This document shows positions 26,893-35,218 of a stretch of DNA of 64,000 nucleotides, piece after piece. Numbering within the stretch: position 1 is the first letter of the stretch; each line of letters begins with the position of its first letter. The notes beneath the pieces were generated by a model. It worked only from the letters and a program-made list of their open reading frames with translations. It was not told where the DNA came from and did no database searches. The position numbers and the translations under genes are program-made. Source of the stretch: Bacilli bacterium (GTDB taxonomy: Bacteria; Bacillota_I; Bacilli_A; RFN20; CAG-826); the NCBI GenBank assembly GCA_041669265.1, contig JBAYBM010000004.1:1945-65944 (forward strand). Direction: 5' to 3'.

Positions 26893-28441
26893 CTTTATTT
26901 ACCTCCATTAAATGTATAATTTGATTATCATCAACTTCTTTAACTCTTTCACGAGCTTTCTTGTATTCAATATTAGATTGAATTCTAGCTACAACACCTA
27001 ATCCTTGAACAACTATCAAAGGCATAGTGGCTATTAAACCAATAACTCCAAATCCTGATGCTCCATTATTTAAAGTAGCTCCTATTCCTAAAATAAATGG
27101 AGTCACAAAACAATTAGACATTGTTCCACTAGCGACTCCGCCGGCATCAAAAGCGATACCTACATAAATATCAGGAACAAACATTGTTAGTCCTAAAGCA
27201 ACAATGTATAAAGGAACGATGTAATATAAAATTGGCATTGTTGGGAAATATAAAACTCTTATTGTTGATAAAAATACAGCAATAGAAACACTAATTCCAA
27301 GTGATAATCTGAGTTTCTTTTTAGGAATACCACCATTACTAATTTCTTCTACTTGTTGAGTAAGAATGATAACAGATGGTTCAACTAAAACAATAACAAA
27401 TCCAATTATAATAGATAAAATTACTAGTAAATAAAAATAAGATTCGTTCATTGCTAAACCGCTACCAAGTGAATAACCAATTGGAATAAAACCAAAATTT
27501 GCTGCAGTTAAGAAAATTATTAAACCAACTGCGGTATATAAAAACCCTAAACAAATTTTAATAATTTCTTTCTTAGGAAGTTTAATACATATTAATTCAT
27601 AAATTAAAAAGAAAGCAACAATTGGTAAAATTGCAAAACAAACACTTTGTATTGAAGAAAGTAGTGAATCAGTAAATCTAGCAACAGAAATGTCAGTAGA
27701 TATTGTTGTTGGTTTAATTTGTGGCTCTAAAATAATGCCTAATAACATAACAACAATAATTGGTCCCACAGAACATAGTCCAACTAAACCAAATGAATCA
27801 CTTGTAGAGTTTTTGCCACCTCTTGCACTAGCTAAACCAACACCAAATGCAATTAAAAATGGAACGGTAATTGATCCAGTTGTAGCGGCACCAGAATCAA
27901 TAGCGAGTTCAATAATTGGCCCGCCCTCTCCACCAAATAAACATGCAATTCCAAATACAATCATGTAGAAAAACATCAACCATAAACGCAATGATTTTTG
28001 GAAAAGAATACGTAGAAACCCTAATAAAAAGAAAGCACCGACTCCAACTCCAATAATTATTTTAAGTAACCATGGGTTAATCTCTTCAGCGGGAATATAT
28101 CCAGTTAAAACACTAATGGATGGTTCAGCAATTGTAATCATAATACCTAATAAAAACATTAGTATTAACATGATAATTAATTGACTTGATTTACCAAAAC
28201 TATTCCCAATATATTTTCCAACTTGAGACATAGCAACTTCACTACCAAGTGAATATAAGCTCATACCAACAACTAAAAATAATGAGCAAATTAAAAAAGT
28301 AATTAATAAATTAAAAGAAATAATTCCAGATGGAAATATGTCTGTATATTCTTGTAATAAAAATAGCACTAAAACAATCAGAACAACTGGACTAACACTT
28401 ACCAAAGCATCTAGTAAATTTTTAAATGATTGTTTTCTCAT
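26876..28441 (-). CDS. Polytopic membrane protein, fused double DUF1538-type repeat
   Basis: 521 aa with many TM helices. An internal duplication is visible: AIDSGAATTGSITVPFLIAFGVG in the N-half versus AFDAGGVASGTMSNCFVTPFILGIG in the C-half. Confidence 0.65.
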   Translation of the reverse strand: MRKQSFKNLLDALVSVSPVVLIVLVLFLLQEYTDIFPSGIISFNLLITFLICSLFLVVGMSLYSLGSEVAMSQVGKYIGNSFGKSSQLIIMLILMFLLGIMITIAEPSISVLTGYIPAEEINPWLLKIIIGVGVGAFFLLGFLRILFQKSLRLWLMFFYMIVFGIACLFGGEGGPIIELAIDSGAATTGSITVPFLIAFGVGLASARGGKNSTSDSFGLVGLCSVGPIIVVMLLGIILEPQIKPTTISTDISVARFTDSLLSSIQSVCFAILPIVAFFLIYELICIKLPKKEIIKICLGFLYTAVGLIIFLTAANFGFIPIGYSLGSGLAMNESYFYLLVILSIIIGFVIVLVEPSVIILTQQVEEISNGGIPKKKLRLSLGISVSIAVFLSTIRVLYFPTMPILYYIVPLYIVALGLTMFVPDIYVGIAFDAGGVASGTMSNCFVTPFILGIGATLNNGASGFGVIGLIATMPLIVVQGLGVVARIQSNIEYKKARERVKEVDDNQIIHLMEVNKDGKTN

Positions 28442-28464
28442 AACTAGATTATATATTTAAAAAC

Positions 28465-29406
28465 TTAGTTTACAAGGGTTAAAAACTCTTTTGGCATAGG
28501 TGCTATAAATTTGTACACTTTTCCTGTTGTAGGATGCTTAAAAGTAAGTTCATATGAATGTAAACACATTCTATTTAATGGATTTGAAGGTTCTCCATAC
28601 TTATCATCACCAACAACATAATGCCCTAAAGCACCTAAAGTAACTCTTATTTGATTTTTACGTCCAGTCATAATTTCAATATCTAATAAAGTATAATGGC
28701 CATTACCTTTTATCACTTTATATTTTGTAATACATTTTTGAGCATCTTTGGTATTTGGTTTAACTAAATACATAATATTTTCTCTATTTTTTGCAATATA
28801 GTTAACAATTGTATCTTCTTGTTTTTCCATTACGCCTTCAACGACGGCATAATATCCTCTTTTAATAACTATATCGTTCCAATTTTTTTGAATTTCATCA
28901 CGTAATTTTTCATCCTTACAAAACAATAAAACACCGCTTGTTTCTCTATCAATACGATGTGTTACAAATATACGATCATGTTTATCTCTACTTTGTAAAA
29001 AATCCATAACCATACGATATGCAGTACTACTTTTTTCAGTTTGAGAAGCAATTGAAAGTAAACCATATGGTTTATTTATTACAATAAATTCTCTATTTTC
29101 AAAAATAACAGGTATATCTTTACGTGCTTTTTTCTTAATAGGTCTTTTAGTTAATATAACCGAGTCATCTTTATATAGTTTAAAATTAAATTGGCTCACT
29201 GGAGCACCATTTATAGAAATTAAATGATGTGCTAATAAGGCTTTTGCATTTGTTCTAGTATAATGTAAATCTTCAATCAAAAATAAAAGTAATTCGGTTT
29301 CATGAGGAACATGAAATTCTTTAAAATCTATACGTTTTTCAACCTTTTTTTCTTTTCCCTCGTCTTTATAACGAGTTTTAAGATTATGTTTATAATTTTT
29401 GTTCAT
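28465..29406 (-). CDS. RluA-family pseudouridine synthase with N-terminal S4 domain
   Basis: Catalytic block HRIDRETSGVLLF, an S4-like N-terminal region, and KNQIRV. Confidence 0.88.
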   Translation of the reverse strand: MNKNYKHNLKTRYKDEGKEKKVEKRIDFKEFHVPHETELLLFLIEDLHYTRTNAKALLAHHLISINGAPVSQFNFKLYKDDSVILTKRPIKKKARKDIPVIFENREFIVINKPYGLLSIASQTEKSSTAYRMVMDFLQSRDKHDRIFVTHRIDRETSGVLLFCKDEKLRDEIQKNWNDIVIKRGYYAVVEGVMEKQEDTIVNYIAKNRENIMYLVKPNTKDAQKCITKYKVIKGNGHYTLLDIEIMTGRKNQIRVTLGALGHYVVGDDKYGEPSNPLNRMCLHSYELTFKHPTTGKVYKFIAPMPKEFLTLVN

Positions 29407-31027
29407 TTTTATCCTTACAGGCTTTTATAAAACCAACAAATAATGGATGTGGTTCTAATGGTCTTGATTGAAATTCTGGATGGAATTGACAAGCAACAAA
29501 GAATGGATGATTCTTTAATTCAATCATTTCACAAAGATTTGTTTGTGGATTTATACCACTAAATATAACACCATTTTCTTCAAATTTAGCTTTATATTCA
29601 TTATTAAATTCATATCTATGTCTATGTCTTTCTCTAATTAAATCTTTACCATATAATTCATGAGCTTTTGTATTTGGAAGAACATTACAATCATATTCTC
29701 CTAAACGCATGGTTCCACCCATTTTAATTCCTTTATATTGGTCTGGTAAATAATCAATAATTTTATTCTTACAATCTGGTTCAAATTCAGTTGAATTTGC
29801 ATCTTCAAGTTTTAATACGCTATTTGCCATCTCAATTAAAGAAATTTGCATACCTAAACATAAACCAAGGTATGGAATATTATTTTCACGAGCATATTTT
29901 TCAGCAACTTTCATTCCTTCGATTCCTCTATTTCCAAATCCACCAGGAACGATAACGCCATCACAATCTTTTAAACTTTCAATAATATTTTGTTCATCGA
30001 GTTTTTCACTATTTACCCAATGTATATTAATCAATCTATCATAAACGTATCCAGCATGTTTTAAAGCTTCGGCAACTGATAAATATGCATCATGTAAATC
30101 AACATATTTTCCAACAAGAGCAATATCAATACTCTTTTTAAGACTTTTTACTTTATTTACAAAATCAATCCAATCTGTCATTTCGGCAACTGGAGCACAT
30201 TTAAGTTGAAGATGATCAACAATTAAATCGTCGAGATGTTGTTTTTGTAAATTTAAAGCAACTTCATAAATTAATGGTACATCTCTAACATTAAAAACAG
30301 CATTATCATTAACGTTACAAAATAATGCGACTTTATCACGACTTTCTTTATCTACATCTCTTTCGCAACGTAATAATATAGCATCTGGTTGAATTCCTAA
30401 ACCTGTTAATTCTCTAACACTATGTTGAGTTGGTTTAGTTTTAACTTCACCACTTGTTTTTAAATATGGCACAAGAGTGTTATGAACAAAGAATGTATTT
30501 TCATAACCAATTTCTCTTCTCATTTGTCTAATAGCTTCTAAGAATGGTTGAGATTCAATATCACCAACAGTTCCGCCAATTTCAACAATACAAACATCGG
30601 TATCGCCTTTGGCTCTAAAGCCATCAAAAAGTCTTTTTTTAATTTCATTAGTAATATGAGGAATAATTTGAATAGTTTTTCCTAAATAAGCACCATTACG
30701 TTCTTTTTCAAGAACAGTACTATATACTTTACCTGATGTAACGCTACTTTCTTTAGTTAATGATGTATTTATAATTCTTTCATAGTGACCAAGATCAAGA
30801 TCTGTTTCGGCTCCATCTTTAGTTACAAATACTTCTCCATGTTGATATGGAGACATGGTGCCTGGATCAATATTTAGATATGGATCTAACTTAATTGAAA
30901 ATATGTTTAGACCTCTTCTTTTTAATAAACGACCTATAGAAGCGGCACTAATTCCTTTACCTAAACTTGAAACAACTCCACCTGTAACAAAAATAAACTT
31001 CATTTTCTTTTCACTTTGACTAACCAT
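29390..31027 (-). CDS. pyrG: CTP synthase
   Basis: FVTGGVVSSLGKG, GATase LGLCLGMQ, HRHRYE. The start is chosen at ATG 31027 (MVSQSEKKMKF...) because AGAGGGA lies 7 nt upstream. ATG 31003 is also possible. Confidence 0.95.
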   Translation of the reverse strand: MVSQSEKKMKFIFVTGGVVSSLGKGISAASIGRLLKRRGLNIFSIKLDPYLNIDPGTMSPYQHGEVFVTKDGAETDLDLGHYERIINTSLTKESSVTSGKVYSTVLEKERNGAYLGKTIQIIPHITNEIKKRLFDGFRAKGDTDVCIVEIGGTVGDIESQPFLEAIRQMRREIGYENTFFVHNTLVPYLKTSGEVKTKPTQHSVRELTGLGIQPDAILLRCERDVDKESRDKVALFCNVNDNAVFNVRDVPLIYEVALNLQKQHLDDLIVDHLQLKCAPVAEMTDWIDFVNKVKSLKKSIDIALVGKYVDLHDAYLSVAEALKHAGYVYDRLINIHWVNSEKLDEQNIIESLKDCDGVIVPGGFGNRGIEGMKVAEKYARENNIPYLGLCLGMQISLIEMANSVLKLEDANSTEFEPDCKNKIIDYLPDQYKGIKMGGTMRLGEYDCNVLPNTKAHELYGKDLIRERHRHRYEFNNEYKAKFEENGVIFSGINPQTNLCEMIELKNHPFFVACQFHPEFQSRPLEPHPLFVGFIKACKDKNEQKL

Positions 31028-31191
31028 AAAACTTCCCTCTTTAAATAAAAATAAAAAAACATTTGAATAAGCATATTGAATTATCAAATATTTTGGGGTG
31101 CCCTTGAATATAATATATTAAAACAATATTTTTTTCATTATTAAAATGAAATATTTGTGCACATATTTTAAGAAATTATTTCTAAATACAA

Positions 31192-32151
31192 TTAATCATT
31201 GAAACAAAGTGCGGCTGCACCGATTATTCCGGCATCATTTTTAAGTTTTGCGATTAAAATTTCTACTTTTGGAGTTTCTCTATATCCATAGAATTGTCTT
31301 CCACAATAATCTTCTAATAATCCTTTTAAATAATCTCCTTGATTAGAAACTCCTCCACCAAGGACAATAGCTTCTGGTCTAAAAATATTACAATAATTTA
31401 AAATACCTTCACCTAAATACTTAATATATTTATTAACAACATCAATTGCTGCAACATCGCCTTTTTTAGCTGCTTCAAAGGATGTATAACCATTTGCGTT
31501 TGCAATATCATTCTTGGCAATTTTCCACATTAAAGAATTCTTATTCTTTTCCATACTTAATTTTGTATATTTATTTAAAGCACTTGCACTTGCATATGCT
31601 TCAAAGCATCCTTTCCTTCCACATCCACATTGTTCCCCATCAACAACCATTGTTACATGGCCTAATTCAGCACCTTTTCCTTCGTTTCCTTCAAAAAGTT
31701 TATTATCAATAATTACACCGCCACCAATTCCTGTGCCTAAAGTTAATAAAACCACACTACTATATCCTTTAGCTACACCAAAAAGTTGTTCAGCTAAACA
31801 TGCAACATTAGCATCATTTGATAAATGCACTGGAATTTTTAAATCTTTTAAATAATCAGCTAAAGGAACATGAAATAAATTTATATTACAAACATAATCA
31901 ATAGATCCTGTTTTATTATTTACAACTCCAGGAATTCCAAATCCAATTCCTTTTGGAGTACATTTTAGTTCTTTAGCTTTTGCTATAGTTTTTACCAACA
32001 ATTCTTTAATAGAAATTAAAAATGGCATATATGACTGTTTAGGATTTATTGTTTTAATAGATTCTTTATATAAAATATTACCTTCTTTATCAACAATTCC
32101 ACATTTAATAGTCATTCCACCAACATCGACACCAATATAAACGTTTTTCAT
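31192..32151 (-). CDS. glcK: ROK-family glucokinase
   Basis: GVDVGGMTIKCG ATP-binding N-terminus and the ROK zinc motif GHVTMVVDGEQCGCGRKGCFEAYAS. Confidence 0.88.
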   Translation of the reverse strand: MKNVYIGVDVGGMTIKCGIVDKEGNILYKESIKTINPKQSYMPFLISIKELLVKTIAKAKELKCTPKGIGFGIPGVVNNKTGSIDYVCNINLFHVPLADYLKDLKIPVHLSNDANVACLAEQLFGVAKGYSSVVLLTLGTGIGGGVIIDNKLFEGNEGKGAELGHVTMVVDGEQCGCGRKGCFEAYASASALNKYTKLSMEKNKNSLMWKIAKNDIANANGYTSFEAAKKGDVAAIDVVNKYIKYLGEGILNYCNIFRPEAIVLGGGVSNQGDYLKGLLEDYCGRQFYGYRETPKVEILIAKLKNDAGIIGAAALCFND

Positions 32152-32255
32152 AAGAAACCTCTTTTATGTATTTAATAACAAACTATATATTTATTATACA
32201 CAGCCAAAAGATAAGTTTCATTTGAAATAACTTATTTATTCTTTTTATATTAGAT

Positions 32256-32852
32256 TTAAATATATGCTTCAATTACAAATTTAATTGCCATACATATAAA
32301 TACTGCTCCAGCAATAAAAGGAGCAATTTTTTGTAGTTTCGAACCAATTTTTTTACCAAGAAAAGTAGTAAGAAATGACAAAGCGAAGGTTACCACTCCA
32401 ATAATTAAAAATGTTAAAAGAGAACTATCTATGCTTTTATCTGCATAAATAAAACCTATAGTTAAAGCGTCAATTGATGTAGCAACACCTTGTAAAAATA
32501 TTTCACCTGGTTTCAATGTTTTATTTTCAATAACTATATCATTTCCAGTATCGTTTTTAATTTTGTTCTCTTTTTTTATATCAATAATAGCTTCAATAAT
32601 ACTTTTTAGACCTAAAAACATTAAAATTGTAAAAGCAATCCATGGTATAAATGAAGAAATATAATCTTTAATTAGATAGCCTAAAAAGAATCCTATTGTT
32701 GGCATTAAACCTTGCATTACGCCAAATACTAAAGCAATAATTATCATTTTAGAAATCTTCATTTTATTTTCTAAAATTCCATCACTTGCTCCAAGACACA
32801 TGCAATCAACCGCCATAGTAACAGATAATATTAATGTTTGTAAAATATCCAT
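32256..32852 (-). CDS. mntP: Manganese efflux pump MntP (DUF204 repeat)
   Basis: TMAVDCMCLGASDG and FGVMQGLMPTIGFFLG blocks, with the second repeat VATSIDALTIGF. It sits directly behind a yybP-ykoY riboswitch. ATG at 32852. Confidence 0.85.
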   Translation of the reverse strand: MDILQTLILSVTMAVDCMCLGASDGILENKMKISKMIIIALVFGVMQGLMPTIGFFLGYLIKDYISSFIPWIAFTILMFLGLKSIIEAIIDIKKENKIKNDTGNDIVIENKTLKPGEIFLQGVATSIDALTIGFIYADKSIDSSLLTFLIIGVVTFALSFLTTFLGKKIGSKLQKIAPFIAGAVFICMAIKFVIEAYI

Positions 32853-32996
32853 AAAAAAATGCACCTCTTCTTTGATGTGCATTCTCTTTCAAGACCATGA
32901 ACATCAAAAAGTTCATGAGTCTCACTATTTAACTTGAGCCAGGATTTTATCCAGCATGTTGACTCAAGACGATAATCGCCAGTTACTCCCTCAATA
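32853..32996 (-). promoter_or_regulatory. yybP-ykoY (Mn2+) riboswitch with terminator-type expression platform
   Basis: The minus strand reads GAGGGAGUAAC...CUUGAGUCAACAU...GGCUCAAG...AAUAGUGAGACUC, matching the conserved GGGGAGUAG / UUGACAU / AGCAAGAC elements. It is followed by hairpin AUGCAC-N12-GUGCAU plus U7 abutting the mntP ATG. Confidence 0.75.
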
Positions 32997-33032
32997 TTTA
33001 GATATCATAATTAATATTATTATTTAATTCAA

Positions 33033-34166
33033 CTATTTTTGCTCTTTTAAACTATTGTATAAAGATAAAACCTTCTGTAAATCACTTCTTATAGAGATAT
33101 GTTGTGGGCATTTACTTTCGCACAAACCACATTTAATACATTTATTTGGACCGCTTTTATCTCCAATATGATTCATATAATATACAAAGTCTTCTCCATC
33201 TTTAAACATTCCAAAATTATTCCACGCCTTAAAAATTCGAGGAATAGATACTCCGTTTGGACATGGTTGACAATAAGCGCATTGCGTACATTTATTAAAT
33301 TGTAACTCGATAATATTTTTTGCAACCAACTTGATAATTTCGTTTTCTTTATCATTTAGTGGCTCAAAATTAGAAAATGTATTCAAATTATCATCTACTT
33401 GATCCATTGAACTCATTCCACTTAATACAACTTTTACATTATCATGACTTGCCACCCAACGATATCCCCACGATGCTAAACTTGCTTTATTATTATAATC
33501 TTTAAATGGTTTAGCAATTTCATCAGATAATCTACATAATTGGCCACCACGGACTGGCTCCATAATAACCATTGGAATGCCTTTCTTTTTAGCTAATTCA
33601 TAACCTTTGTCGCCTGCTTGAAAGTTTGTATCTATATAGTTATATTGAATTTGGCAAAAATCCCATGAATAATAATTTAAAATTTCTTCAAATACTTTAT
33701 ATTCGTCATGAAAAGAAAATCCTAGATTATGAATTTTCCCTTCTTTTTTCATTTCTAAAAGAAAATCAAAAAGTTTTAAATCTTTAATCTTTTTAAAATT
33801 CTCTTTTGTCAAACAATGAAATAAATAAAAGTCAAAATATTCAACTTGCAAGTTTTTTAATTGTTCATTAAAAATCTCTTTTGCTTGATTAAGACTTTTA
33901 ATCATTCCTACAGGTAGTTTGCTTGTTACATAAAACGAATCTCTTGGTTTCTTACTTAAAAATTCTCCAACAAACTTTTCGTCTTGATAATCAAGATACA
34001 TATAAGCATTATCAAAATAATTAACACCACTTTTATATGCCTTTTCTAGTAGTTCATTCGCTAAAATATTATTTATTTTACCCTTTTCATCGGTTGGAAG
34101 CCTCATGCATCCAAATCCAAGTAAACTTGTTTTTATTCCTTTATCTTTCCATTCTCTATAAACCAT
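33033..34166 (-). CDS. Aldo/keto reductase fused to a C-terminal 2x[4Fe-4S] ferredoxin-like domain
   Basis: AKR N-terminus (LGFGCMRLP...YFDNAYMY) and Cys clusters CTQCAYCQPCP and CIKCGLCESKCP. Confidence 0.85.
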   Translation of the reverse strand: MVYREWKDKGIKTSLLGFGCMRLPTDEKGKINNILANELLEKAYKSGVNYFDNAYMYLDYQDEKFVGEFLSKKPRDSFYVTSKLPVGMIKSLNQAKEIFNEQLKNLQVEYFDFYLFHCLTKENFKKIKDLKLFDFLLEMKKEGKIHNLGFSFHDEYKVFEEILNYYSWDFCQIQYNYIDTNFQAGDKGYELAKKKGIPMVIMEPVRGGQLCRLSDEIAKPFKDYNNKASLASWGYRWVASHDNVKVVLSGMSSMDQVDDNLNTFSNFEPLNDKENEIIKLVAKNIIELQFNKCTQCAYCQPCPNGVSIPRIFKAWNNFGMFKDGEDFVYYMNHIGDKSGPNKCIKCGLCESKCPQHISIRSDLQKVLSLYNSLKEQK

Positions 34167-34170
34167 ATAC

Positions 34171-34812
34171 TTACTCCTTTAATTCAATCAAATCTTCTCT
34201 ATTGTTACATAATAATTTATATCTTATTAATGTTTCCATAACTTTATCTTTTGTAGTATCGTTTGGATTGCTGTGCCCATCAATAAAATCTTTTACATCG
34301 TATTCTGATATCTTTTTTATCATTTCATAAGTACTAGATTTATTTAGATAAAGTTTTTGTCCTATAATTTTTCCACACAAGGCATCTCCAATAAACATTA
34401 TTCTACTTTTATATTCATAAACTAATAAACTACCTTTTGCATGGCTATTAGGTAATATATCAATAGTAACCAATAGATTTCCTAGATCAATTGATGTTTT
34501 AGAATCAATTATCTTTGTTTTGTATTTTATATATTTTGCTGTATATTTACTTGCTATAATTTCAAGATCTTTAAAATATGAAATATTATGAATATGATCA
34601 TCATGAAAATGAGTAATTACAATGTATTTTATTGGAGGCAAATTAAATTTTTTAATACCTTCTTTTAATGACTCTATTTGTTCTATTTCGTTCCCAGTAT
34701 CAATCAATAAAGAACATAATTTCCCAGAAATAATAACAATTTTTGGGGTAGGTTGTGATGGATTGCCTTCAACATAATAAATTTCATCAGAATACTTTAT
34801 AAAACTATACAT
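34171..34812 (-). CDS. MBL-fold metallo-hydrolase
   Basis: HxHxDH motif (ITHFHDDHIHN), downstream His/Asp ligands, 213 aa. Confidence 0.8.
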   Translation of the reverse strand: MYSFIKYSDEIYYVEGNPSQPTPKIVIISGKLCSLLIDTGNEIEQIESLKEGIKKFNLPPIKYIVITHFHDDHIHNISYFKDLEIIASKYTAKYIKYKTKIIDSKTSIDLGNLLVTIDILPNSHAKGSLLVYEYKSRIMFIGDALCGKIIGQKLYLNKSSTYEMIKKISEYDVKDFIDGHSNPNDTTKDKVMETLIRYKLLCNNREDLIELKE

Positions 34813-34900
34813 ATTTATATTATCTAATAAATAAATAAAAAAGAAACATTGGAAAGCATTAAATTTTAATATTTATTTAAAGATAGTTTATAATTAACAT

Positions 34901-35176
34901 ATGGAATTTAAACAAGAAATTAACAAATTCGTTCTTTATAACGATGATGGGAAACAACAAATTGGATATATAACATTTAAGTTAGATAAATCCACATTAA
35001 TTATACTTCACACTGTTGTATCTCCTCTTTTTCAAGGTCAAGGTATGGCTAAAATATTAATTGAAAAAGTTATAAATTATGCAAAAGAACAAAAGTTTAT
35101 GATTAAACCTATTTGCTCATATAGTGTGTCTTATTTTGAGAAACATCCTGAATATTTAGATATTATTGTTAAATAA
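34901..35176 (+). CDS. Small GNAT-type N-acetyltransferase (YjdJ-like single-domain form)
   Basis: 91 aa. HTVVSPLFQGQGMAKILIEKVINYAKEQKFMIKPICSY matches the minimal GNAT acetyl-CoA loop pattern. Confidence 0.7.
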   Translation: MEFKQEINKFVLYNDDGKQQIGYITFKLDKSTLIILHTVVSPLFQGQGMAKILIEKVINYAKEQKFMIKPICSYSVSYFEKHPEYLDIIVK

Positions 35177-35218
35177 TTTACATATAAAAACATTTATACT
35201 AATGATAAAATATTAAGT

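Noticed and set aside
29390-31087. Long N-terminal extensions in the supplied ORFs of pyrG (to 31087), mntP (to 32882), recR (from 22253), the second ABC subunit (from 58613), gdpP (to 44655), ssb, pth, the SDR gene and tsaC
   Set aside because: The internal ATGs have proper SD spacing and restore canonical N-termini. The extensions overlap upstream genes or regulatory RNA.
31028-31191. pyrG leader with GGGC-type reiterative-transcription attenuator
   Set aside because: The minus strand does contain TATATT-CAA-GGGCACCCC and a T-rich run. The only downstream hairpin (ATTTGA...TCAAAT) is 6 bp, AT-only, and has a 17-nt loop. The evidence is too weak to call an attenuator.
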